Assembly (NCBI GenBank): GCA_050737935.1
Contig: JBOHYO010000248.1
Coordinates: forward strand, 1 to 32,006
Source: Rhodanobacteraceae bacterium
GTDB lineage: Bacteria; Pseudomonadota; Gammaproteobacteria; Xanthomonadales; Rhodanobacteraceae
Direction: 5' to 3'
Length of the DNA: 32,006 nucleotides
The notes under the pieces are model-generated. The model ran no database searches and was not told the origin of the DNA. It worked only from the letters and a program-made list of their open reading frames with translations. Below, one piece after another: positions 25,149 to 32,006 of this stretch (its first letter is position 1; each line of letters starts with the position of its first letter). The position numbers and the translations under genes were made by a program.

Positions 25149-26401
25149 AGGTCAATGCGAAATCGGCCACGGTCGCCGCGCCAGTGACCGACTGGGCGCG
25201 CATTCGCGAGGATTTTCCGATCCTTGCGCGCAAGGTACACGGCAAGCCGCTGGTGTACCTCGACAGTGCCAATACTTCGCAGAAGCCGCGGCAGGTCATC
25301 GAGGCGGTGGACGATTTCTACCGCGAGCACAACGCGAATGTCTCGCGCGCGGTGCACCAGTTGAGCGAGGAAGCGACGGCGCTGTACGAAGGCGCCCGCA
25401 CGAAGCTTGCATCGTTCCTCGGCGCCAACCATCGCGACGAAATCGTGCTGACGTCCGGCACCACGATGGCGACCAACCTGGTCGCATACAGCTACCTGTT
25501 GCCGCGCCTGAAGCCCGGTGATGCGGTGCTGGTCAGCGCGATGGAGCACCACGCCGACATCGTGCCGTGGCAGCTCGTATGCAAGCTCACCGGTGCGCAT
25601 CTCAAGGTCGCGCCGATCAACGAGGCGGGCGAGCTGATCGTCGAGAAGTTCGTCGAGGCGCTGACGCCGGAAGTGAAATTCGCCGGGGTGGTACACGTGT
25701 CGAACGTGCTCGGCACCATCAATCCGGTGAAGGAACTCGCGCGCGAATGCCGCAAGCGCGGCGTTCCACTGCTGATCGACGGATCCCAGGCCGCGCCGCA
25801 CCTGCTGCTCGACGTGAAATCGATCGGCTGCGATTTCTATTGCGTCACCGGCCACAAGATGTGCGGTCCGACCGGCACCGGGGCGCTGTGGGCGCGCCGT
25901 GAGTTGCTCGAAGCGATGCCGCCGTTTTTCGGCGGCGGCGAGATGATCCGCACGGTGTCGTTCGACGGCACCACCTTCGCCGATTCGCCGCGCAAGTTCG
26001 AGGCGGGCACGCCGAACACCGCGGGTTTTGCTGGCCTGGGCGCAGCGATCGACTATCTTTCCGGAATCGGCATGGACAACATCGCCACGCGTGAACGCGC
26101 GCTCCTGGACTACGCGACGCCACGCCTCCAGGAAGTCCCCGGCTTGCGGATCTTCGGCACTTCGCCGCACAAGGCGGCGGTGATCTCCTTTCTGATCGAG
26201 GGCGTGCACGCGCACGACCTGGCCACACTGCTGGACCAGGAGGGCGTCGCGGTGCGCTCCGGGCACCATTGTGCGCATCCGCTGATGCAGTTCTACGGCG
26301 TGGCGGCGACCTGTCGTGCGTCGCTGGCGTTCTACAACACGGAGGCCGAGGTCGACGTGCTGGTCGATGCGATCGGCCGGGTGCGGAAGCTGCTCGCATG
26401 A
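25145..26401 (+). CDS. sufS: Cysteine desulfurase SufS (class II aminotransferase, PLP-dependent)
   Basis: Track ORF 25055..26401 trimmed to GTG 25145, which overlaps the sufD stop (GTGA). Motifs: FPIL......PLVYLDSANTSQKP, PLP-Lys in VTGHKMCGPTGTG, and the catalytic Cys loop VRSGHHCAHP. Confidence 0.9.
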   Translation: MKVNAKSATVAAPVTDWARIREDFPILARKVHGKPLVYLDSANTSQKPRQVIEAVDDFYREHNANVSRAVHQLSEEATALYEGARTKLASFLGANHRDEIVLTSGTTMATNLVAYSYLLPRLKPGDAVLVSAMEHHADIVPWQLVCKLTGAHLKVAPINEAGELIVEKFVEALTPEVKFAGVVHVSNVLGTINPVKELARECRKRGVPLLIDGSQAAPHLLLDVKSIGCDFYCVTGHKMCGPTGTGALWARRELLEAMPPFFGGGEMIRTVSFDGTTFADSPRKFEAGTPNTAGFAGLGAAIDYLSGIGMDNIATRERALLDYATPRLQEVPGLRIFGTSPHKAAVISFLIEGVHAHDLATLLDQEGVAVRSGHHCAHPLMQFYGVAATCRASLAFYNTEAEVDVLVDAIGRVRKLLA

Positions 26402-26988
26402 AGAGCGGGGGCCGGGGACTGGTCCGTTCGGCTGCACCTGCGGCGCGGGTACACGTGCCGCTGTGTTTTCGCGCCGCGACGGCAGCGGATGTCGAGGCGG
26501 TCGTCGCCCTCACCCAGTCGGCGTATCGCGGCGACGCCAGCCGCGTCGGATGGACCACCGAGGCGGACCTTCTGGATGGCCAACGCACCGATGCGCGCCA
26601 GGTCGCGGAGTTGATCGCCAATGCGAATGTGAAAACGCTGCTGGCCGAACGTGACGGTCAACTGCTGGCGTGCTGCGTAATCGAACGGTTGTTCGACGAC
26701 CATCCGGGAGATGGTTACTTCGGGATGTTCTCGGTGCGCCCGGATGCGCAAGGCGGCGGCACGGGCCGGGCGCTGCTCGCGGAAGCCGAGCGCGTCGCCC
26801 GCGACGACTGGCATTGCCGCGCGATGCGCATGACCGTGATCGACTGCCGCGCGGAATTGATCGCGTGGTACGAGCGGCGTGGCTATCGCCGCACCGGCGA
26901 GTTCCGGCCGTTTCCGTATGGCGACGCGCGGTTCGGGATTCCCAGGCGCGATGACCTGCGCTTCGAGTGGCTCATCAAGGAGCTGTGA
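26398..26988 (+). CDS. GNAT-family N-acetyltransferase
   Basis: Track ORF 26269..26988 trimmed to ATG 26398, which overlaps the sufS stop (ATGA). Acetyl-CoA-binding motif A reads VRPDAQGGGTGRALLAEAE. 196 aa. Confidence 0.8.
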   Translation: MKSGGRGLVRSAAPAARVHVPLCFRAATAADVEAVVALTQSAYRGDASRVGWTTEADLLDGQRTDARQVAELIANANVKTLLAERDGQLLACCVIERLFDDHPGDGYFGMFSVRPDAQGGGTGRALLAEAERVARDDWHCRAMRMTVIDCRAELIAWYERRGYRRTGEFRPFPYGDARFGIPRRDDLRFEWLIKEL

Positions 26989-27092
26989 GCTTGACGGCGA
27001 CGTCCCTGCGGCCGTTGCAGGAGCAAGCCATGCGCGCGATCAATGCATCGGGTAATGCATTCCGGGCCGCGCCGGAATGACGGAGACGAAAG

Positions 27093-27410
27093 ATGTCGGA
27101 AGACTGGGTAAAGGTGTGCGCGCAGGACGAACTGCTGCCCGGCGAGTTCCGCGTCGTGTGGGACGAAGACACCGCGATCGCGGTGTACAACCTCGACGGC
27201 GACCTGTATGCCATCGAGGACACCTGCACCCACGACGGCGGCGAACTAGCGGGCGGCGAAGTGTGTGGATTCGAGGTCGAATGTCCGCGCCACGGGGCAC
27301 GCTTCGACGTGCGTACCGGTGAGGTGAAGCAGGCGCCCGCGACCGAACCGATCGCGAGTTTCCCGGTACGGGTCGAGGATGGCGTGATCTTCACCCGCGA
27401 CGACCGCTGA
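27093..27410 (+). CDS. Rieske-type [2Fe-2S] ferredoxin (non-heme iron oxygenase ferredoxin-subunit-like)
   Basis: 105 aa. Rieske ligand motifs CTHDGG (C-x-H) and CPRHGARF (C-x-x-H) are correctly spaced. GGAG lies 8 nt upstream. Confidence 0.85.
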   Translation: MSEDWVKVCAQDELLPGEFRVVWDEDTAIAVYNLDGDLYAIEDTCTHDGGELAGGEVCGFEVECPRHGARFDVRTGEVKQAPATEPIASFPVRVEDGVIFTRDDR

Positions 27411-27411
27411 T

Positions 27412-27486
27412 GGGGTCAGGTTCACTTTCGGGCGCGACAATGGCAGGGGTGTATCGAATCGTCATCCCGAAAGTGAACCTGACCCC
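27412..27486. repeat. REP-like palindromic element (perfect 21-bp inverted repeat, 33-nt spacer), probable bidirectional terminator/stabiliser between convergent genes
   Basis: GGGGTCAGGTTCACTTTCGGG (27412-27432) pairs with CCCGAAAGTGAACCTGACCCC (27466-27486). It has the same GGGGTCAG...CA(C/T)TTTC core and architecture as the 8743-8816 element. It starts 2 nt after the Rieske stop and ends 17 nt before the sensor kinase stop. Confidence 0.8.
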
Positions 27487-27502
27487 GTTTCACAGACCCG
27501 TT

Positions 27503-28879
27503 TCACACCGGAAACCGGATTTCTGCGCGCAGCCCGTGCGGATCGGAATGGTTGGCGAAGGAAAGATCGGCGCCGTGGCGTTCGGCGATCTCGCGCACGA
27601 TGGCCAGACCGAGGCCGGTGCCTTCGTGGCCATTGCCGATGGCGCGGAAGAAGCGCTCCCCCAGCCGCGGAACCAACTCCGGCGCCACTCCCGGCCCGTT
27701 GTCCTCCACGCTCAATACGCAGCCATGGCCGTCGGCTGCATCCAGCCCGACAGTGATCGCGGCACTGCCGCGCGCCCCGTAACGCATCGCATTGTCGATC
27801 AGGTTGCCGAGCATTTCGCGCAGCAGTACGGCGTCACCGATGATGCTGACGCCGCGGTCGGGGCCGTGGTACCCAAGATCGATGCCGCGCGCGATGGCGT
27901 CCGGCACGCGTGCCACCACTTCGTCCCGTACCAGGCTCGCAAGGTCGAGTGGCACGGCGACGCCCAGTGACTCGTCCGGCGCCTGGGCGCGTGCCAGCGC
28001 CAGCAGCTGGCCGGCGGCACGCGCGGTGCCGGCAGAGAGCCGTTCGACGTGGGTCAGGGCTTCGCGGATGGTTTCCGGGCGGGGATCCGCCAGCGCGCGT
28101 TCCGCCTGCAGGCGCAGCCCGGCGAGCGGCGTGCGCAACTGGTGTGCGGCATCGGCGATGAAGCGTTGCTGCTGTCGCAGCATGCGGTCGAGGCGGCTGA
28201 GCAGCGCATCGATGGTCGCGACGAGGGGCTGGACTTCCAGCGGCGCATCGATGGTGCGCAGCGGCGACAGATCACCCGCGTGGCGCATCCGGATTTCATG
28301 GGCCAGCGGGTCCAGCACGCGCAGCCCGCGGTTGATGCCCAGCCATACCAACGCCATGGCGACGCAGATCAACAGGAGTTCGATGGGCACGGTCGAGAAC
28401 AGGAGTTCCCGCGCAAGCGCCTTGCGGTTGCGCACCGTTTCGGCGGTGGAGATCACCAGGGTGTCGCCGGGATCGGCCTTGTTTGCGAGGAACACCGACG
28501 CCATGCGCATGGCCTGACCATGGTCGGAGAAATTGGTGAACACCGGACTGCCGTTCGACCCACCGGGCTTGGGTTGCGGCAGGTCCTGATCGCCGGCCAG
28601 CACGCCGTAGTGCAGGCTGCGGACGGCGAAGATGTTGCGGTCGTGCACCGAGAACTGCAACAGGATGCGGGCCTGCTCGCTGAGTTCGTTGCGGCCGGCG
28701 TCGCTGTTGACGAGGTCGCCCATGGCATTCGCGCTGTTGAGAAGCCAGCGGTCGTAGACCTTGTTGGCATAGTGCAGCCCGATCACGTAGTTGATGATGC
28801 CGCCGCAGATCAGTACCGCCAGCAGCGGCACCGATACGAACATCAGCAGGCGCCGGCGCAGGCTGGGGTTACGAACCAT
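27503..28879 (-). CDS. Sensor histidine kinase (TctE/QseC-like, two TM segments with a periplasmic 2CSK_N-type N-terminal region)
   Basis: Track ORF 27503..28996 trimmed to ATG 28879 (MVRNPSLRRRLLMFVSVPLLAVLICGG...). H-box ADAAHQLRTPLAGL, N-box LGNLIDNAMRY, G1 DNGPGV, G2 GTGLGLAIV. The start overlaps the regulator gene's 3' end by 11 nt. Confidence 0.9.
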   Translation of the reverse strand: MVRNPSLRRRLLMFVSVPLLAVLICGGIINYVIGLHYANKVYDRWLLNSANAMGDLVNSDAGRNELSEQARILLQFSVHDRNIFAVRSLHYGVLAGDQDLPQPKPGGSNGSPVFTNFSDHGQAMRMASVFLANKADPGDTLVISTAETVRNRKALARELLFSTVPIELLLICVAMALVWLGINRGLRVLDPLAHEIRMRHAGDLSPLRTIDAPLEVQPLVATIDALLSRLDRMLRQQQRFIADAAHQLRTPLAGLRLQAERALADPRPETIREALTHVERLSAGTARAAGQLLALARAQAPDESLGVAVPLDLASLVRDEVVARVPDAIARGIDLGYHGPDRGVSIIGDAVLLREMLGNLIDNAMRYGARGSAAITVGLDAADGHGCVLSVEDNGPGVAPELVPRLGERFFRAIGNGHEGTGLGLAIVREIAERHGADLSFANHSDPHGLRAEIRFPV

Positions 28880-29543
28880 CGTCGGCCTCCAGCAGGTAGC
28901 CGAGTCCGCGCACGGTGCGCAGCTTGACGTCGCTATCCGCCAGCTTGCGTCGCAGGCGATGGACGGCGATATCGAGCCCGTTGTCGGTGAGCGCATCGTT
29001 CCAGGTGCACAATGCCTCGATCACGTGCTCGCGCGGCGTGACCCGATTGCGACGCGACGCGAGGATCTCGAGCAGCGCGAATTCACGCGCGGTCAGCTCC
29101 AGTCGCTGGTTCCCCAACAGCACACGGCGACCCGCGAGGTCGATCGTGAGCTTGCCAAGTTGCAGGGTGGGCACCCCGCGGTTGCTCTCCCGGCGCAACA
29201 GCGCGCGAACCCGTGCGCCGAACTCGGCGAGGCTGAAGGGTTTGACCAGATAGTCGTCTGCGCCGAGATCCAGGGTTCGCACGCGCAGGTCGACCTCCTC
29301 GCGGGCGGTGATCACGAGAACCGGGACGCCGTCGTGGGACGAACGCAGCCGTCGCAAGACCTCGCTGCCGTCCTGTCCCGGCAGGCCGAGATCGAGCACG
29401 ACCAGCCCGAATGCGTGCTCCTGGAGCGCCGCGATCGCGGCTTTCCCGTTGGAGAGCCTGTCGACTGCGTGGCCCGCCCGCTCCAGCGAACCGCAGACCG
29501 CATCGCCAATGGCTGCATCGTCTTCGACTACCAGCATCCGCAT
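28869..29543 (-). CDS. OmpR/PhoB-family response regulator (TctD-like)
   Basis: 224 aa. Receiver domain (MRMLVVEDD, LVVLDLGLPGQDG, ADDYLVKPF) plus a winged-helix output domain (LTAREFALLEILASRRNRV..., VHRLRRKL....VKLRTVRGLGYLLE). Confidence 0.9.
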   Translation of the reverse strand: MRMLVVEDDAAIGDAVCGSLERAGHAVDRLSNGKAAIAALQEHAFGLVVLDLGLPGQDGSEVLRRLRSSHDGVPVLVITAREEVDLRVRTLDLGADDYLVKPFSLAEFGARVRALLRRESNRGVPTLQLGKLTIDLAGRRVLLGNQRLELTAREFALLEILASRRNRVTPREHVIEALCTWNDALTDNGLDIAVHRLRRKLADSDVKLRTVRGLGYLLEADDGS

Positions 29544-29724
29544 TTCGGGTCCGCCGCCAGGGTGGAGCGCGTCAAGCGTACAAGGAACCGATGGTCTGTT
29601 GAGGTTCCCGCGGCACAGGGGTGCACCGCACGCGGATCCAACATCCAGGGTGTTTGATCCGCGAAGCCGAATCCGGACAGGTGCCGGGCTCGGCGTGCCG
29701 CTGACAAATCCAGGACCGATTTGT

Positions 29725-30300
29725 TCAGGGCGTCCGCAATTTCACGAGCACGATTTCGCCCGCACCCTCGATGAGCATCCGCTCGGGGACCCCGCCGGCC
29801 GTCAGCAGCGCCGCGTCGAGCGGTTCCAGTTCCAGGCTTCCGGCTGCGCCAGCGGCGACCCGGGCGCGGCCACTGTCGAGATACACCAGCCAGCGCACGC
29901 CAGGCGGCGTGGGCAGGATCATCGAATCGACCAGCGTACGCGGCAGCACGTCCCCGCGCGCATCGCCACGCAGCATCAGGTTGAAATCGCGGGTCGGGCC
30001 TTCCGGGAGCTGCCCGGCGGGAGCGGGCGATCCGTCGAAACGCAAGGTGCCGAAGCGGTCAGCGCGCAGCTCGCGACCGTCCGGAAAGCGCAAGGCCATC
30101 GACGCGTCCAACGGAACCAGCACTCGCGTGGTACCCGGCAGTTCGGAGAAGGGCCCCGGTTCCTCCACATTGGCGACGCTGACGCGGACTCGCCAGTCGG
30201 CCCCGTCCGGTTCGCGCAGGATCACCACGGTGCTACCTGCGCCGTTGGCCCATGGCTCCTCGCGTTGTTCGGAACGGGGGATGGCGCGCAGGATCGACAC
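29725..30300 (-). CDS. HutD/Ves-family protein
   Basis: Tail of track ORF 29725..30864. I propose GTG 30300 as the start: (V/M)SILRAIPRSEQREEPWANGAGSTVVI parallels HutD N-termini as I recall them, a short leader then ..PWxNGxGxT. Family pattern WRVSVANVEEPGPFSELPGTTRVLVPL. 191 aa. The alternative ATG 30387 would overlap the upstream gene by 55 nt. Confidence 0.7.
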   Translation of the reverse strand: MSILRAIPRSEQREEPWANGAGSTVVILREPDGADWRVRVSVANVEEPGPFSELPGTTRVLVPLDASMALRFPDGRELRADRFGTLRFDGSPAPAGQLPEGPTRDFNLMLRGDARGDVLPRTLVDSMILPTPPGVRWLVYLDSGRARVAAGAAGSLELEPLDAALLTAGGVPERMLIEGAGEIVLVKLRTP

Positions 30301-30332
30301 GTCGCCGATGGTAGTGGCGACGCGTGCGGGCT

Positions 30333-30794
30333 TCAGTCGAGCAGCCCCCGCAATGCATCGATGCCGAGGCGCAGGCTGTCCCGCCATGGATAGCCGATGA
30401 TCGCTTCGCCCGTATGCGCATCGCGGAAGCTCTCTTCCTGGCCGGGTGCCAGCAGGTGGCGATAATCGACCGTCAATTCGTCGCCCGGGTCCAGGTCGCG
30501 TGCGGCGAAGATGAACCCAAGCACCCACAGACCGCTCGGTTCGAAACTGTGGTTGACGAAGCAGTCGTCCGGCCAGTCCGGCGAAAGCGTGTAGCGGTCC
30601 TCGAACCAGCGCACCGAGGTGTGCAGGAGTGCTGCGCGCTCCGGGTCGGCCATGATTTCCGCGAACGACCACGTCTCGTCGATCCGGTCCGGCGCGATCG
30701 CGATGCGTCCATGCTGGAGCGGTTCGTCCAGGAATACGCCCTTGCCGGCGCCGGGAATCAGGGAAGGTGCGACGCGGTAGCGGGGCAGGATCAC
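30333..30794 (-). CDS. SET-domain protein (putative protein-lysine methyltransferase)
   Basis: 153 aa. SET signatures: PGAGKGVFL (GxG near the N-terminus), FVNHSFEPS (the NHS/C motif), and ARDLDPGDELTVDYR (the ELxxDY motif). GTG start at 30794 with no clear SD, so the start is uncertain. Confidence 0.7.
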   Translation of the reverse strand: MILPRYRVAPSLIPGAGKGVFLDEPLQHGRIAIAPDRIDETWSFAEIMADPERAALLHTSVRWFEDRYTLSPDWPDDCFVNHSFEPSGLWVLGFIFAARDLDPGDELTVDYRHLLAPGQEESFRDAHTGEAIIGYPWRDSLRLGIDALRGLLD

Positions 30795-30836
30795 GGAAGC
30801 AACTCACGCCGAGGGAAAACGCGCGAGTGTAGTGCG

Positions 30837-30868
30837 CACGGTGGCGACGCGGGCGCATCGCCACCGTG
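30837..30868 (-). terminator. Perfect 11-bp-stem hairpin downstream of the ComEA-like gene (possible terminator or REP-like stabiliser)
   Basis: CACGGTGGCGA-10 nt loop-TCGCCACCGTG lies 9 nt after the comEA-like stop. No canonical U-tract follows directly (GTTTTCCC occurs about 16 nt further on), so intrinsic-terminator status is doubtful. Confidence 0.35.
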
Positions 30869-30876
30869 GCAGTCGA

Positions 30877-31200
30877 TCAATGCTTGCGTGCGGGGTGCGC
30901 GGTCTTCTTGGCCGGCGCGGCGGTGACCTTGGTGCTGCCGCTCAGGCGGATCGCCTCGCGATTGCGGGCCAGGGTCTTGTCGCCGACGCCCTTGACGTTG
31001 CCCACATCGTCGACGCTCTTGAAGGCGCCGTGCGCGGACCGGTACGACACGATGGCCTGGGCCTTCGCGAGCCCGACGCCGTCCAGCGACGTTGCGATGG
31101 TCTGCGCGTCGGCCTTGTTGATGTTGACTGGCGTCGCGGCGAGGGCGGGCAGGGAGAAGGCGAGGCAGAGTGCGAGTGCGGCAAGCGATTTGCGGAACAT
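30877..31200 (-). CDS. comEA: ComEA-family periplasmic helix-hairpin-helix DNA-binding protein
   Basis: Track ORF 30877..31266 trimmed to ATG 31200 (MFRKSLAALALCLAFSLPALA/ATP signal peptide), with a strong AGGAGG about 7 nt upstream. HhH repeats: VNINKADAQTIATSLDGVGLAKAQAIVSYR...FKSVDDVGNVKGVGDKTL. Confidence 0.85.
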   Translation of the reverse strand: MFRKSLAALALCLAFSLPALAATPVNINKADAQTIATSLDGVGLAKAQAIVSYRSAHGAFKSVDDVGNVKGVGDKTLARNREAIRLSGSTKVTAAPAKKTAHPARKH

Positions 31201-31386
31201 GATGGATCCTCCTGATGGATCGCACCGCGGGATGCGGGCGTGGACACAGCTTGCCGCGGCGTGCATGCGGGCACAGCCGGCTTGCGCTGCACGGATGCGT
31301 GGGGCGGTGTACCGGGCGTGTGTGGGAATTGCCTGACGCGGTCGCTGTTAGACTTGAGGATTCATGTTGTTGCAGGAGCGCGTCGA

Positions 31387-32006
31387 ATGGATGGCGGCAA
31401 GGTCGGATCGTTCATCAGCAAGCTGTGGGACGACGAAGTGGTCCCGCAGCTCGTCGAATACATCAGGATTCCCAACAAGTCCCCGATGTACGACCGGGAT
31501 TGGGTGGCGCACGGGTACATGGATGCCGCGGTCGCGCTGATGGAGAAATGGGCGCGCACGAAGCTCGAATCGCTGCCGGGCGCGACCCTGGAAGTGGTCC
31601 GGCTCGAGGGGCGCACACCGCTCATCTTCATCGAAGTACCGGCTTTGGGCGAGGAAGCGCGCGCGGACGATTGCGTGTTGTTGTACGGCCATCTCGACAA
31701 GCAGCCGGAAATGACCGGCTGGAGCGAAGGGCTGGGGCCGTGGACGCCAGTCCTGAAGGGCGACCGGTTGTACGGGCGCGGTGGCGCGGACGATGGCTAC
31801 GCGATCTTCGGATCCCTGGCGGCATTGCTGGCGCTGCACGAACAGGGCGTGCCGCATGCGCGTTGTGTGGTGATGATCGAGGCATGCGAGGAATCGGGCA
31901 GCTACGACCTGCCGCACTACGTCGATCATCTTGCGCCACGCATCGGTGCGCCTTCGCTGGTGGTGTGCCTGGATTCCGGTTGCGCGAATTACGACCAGTT
32001 GTGGTT
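31387..32006 (+). CDS. M20-family metallopeptidase/dipeptidase (partial, continues past the right window edge)
   Basis: Not in the ORF track because it has no stop inside the window. My translation from ATG 31387 (GGAG 9 nt upstream) is MDGGKVGSFISKLWDDEVVPQLVEYIRIPNKSP...VLLYGHLDKQPEM...LYGRGGADDGYAIFGSL...VMIEACEESGS. It carries the M20 metal-ligand motifs (H-x-D, GRG-x-x-DD-G, EE). The antisense ORF 31348..31929(-) is Arg/His-rich and judged spurious. Confidence 0.8.
   Translation, partial: MDGGKVGSFISKLWDDEVVPQLVEYIRIPNKSPMYDRDWVAHGYMDAAVALMEKWARTKLESLPGATLEVVRLEGRTPLIFIEVPALGEEARADDCVLLYGHLDKQPEMTGWSEGLGPWTPVLKGDRLYGRGGADDGYAIFGSLAALLALHEQGVPHARCVVMIEACEESGSYDLPHYVDHLAPRIGAPSLVVCLDSGCANYDQLW

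Noticed and set aside
31348-31929. 193-aa minus-strand ORF at the right end
   Set aside because: It is antisense to a plus-strand reading frame that translates into clean M20 peptidase motifs (HLD, GRGGADDG, EACEESGS). The minus-strand product is Arg/His-rich with no recognisable motif.

Overview
High-GC, densely coded chromosomal segment. Gene content and protein sequences look gammaproteobacterial, Xanthomonadales/Rhodanobacteraceae-like, but that is inference only and nothing was searched. By eye I found no rRNA, tRNA, CRISPR array, transposase, integrase or phage genes.

Gene order:
- partial membrane protein (-)
- tamB-tamA (-)
- GH17+GT2 NdvB-like beta-glucan synthase (-)
- REP-like repeat cluster
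- orphan hutG (+)
- arsR / SRPBCC / 4-TM membrane protein operon (-)
- a minus-strand run of atypical SDR, ALDH8/XylG-like aldehyde dehydrogenase, beta-carbonic anhydrase, secreted ChaN/Tiki-like protein and RidA
- MalM-like lipoprotein (-)
- asnS (-)
- A-type Fe-S carrier (+)
- rpsF-rpsR-rplI (+, no priB)
- Rrf2-regulated suf operon (sufB-C-D-S) extended by a GNAT and a Rieske ferredoxin (+)
- TctD/TctE-like two-component pair (-)
- SET-domain + HutD/Ves pair (-)
- ComEA-like protein (-)
- partial M20 peptidase (+)

Most long ORFs in the six-frame track are Arg/Ala/Pro-rich antisense artefacts of the GC content, or N-terminal over-extensions of real genes. I trimmed starts using signal peptides, homolog N-termini, RBS positions and start/stop overlaps.

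This reads as core genome, not a defence or mobile island, and I cannot point to a clear-cut novel multi-gene system. The observations most worth follow-up are:
1. A nine-copy heptamer repeat that is a G-quadruplex motif on the sense strand between the SDR and ALDH genes.
2. A secreted ChaN/Tiki-superfamily-like protein translationally coupled to RidA.
3. A SET-domain / HutD pair beside an orphan two-component system.
4. A family of about 75-nt perfect palindromic REP-like elements at two loci.
5. Non-canonical additions to, and structured insertions in, the suf operon.
6. Two predicted leaderless transcripts (arsR, hutG), one with a double palindromic operator.

Intergenic coordinates were read by eye and may be off by 1-2 nt.
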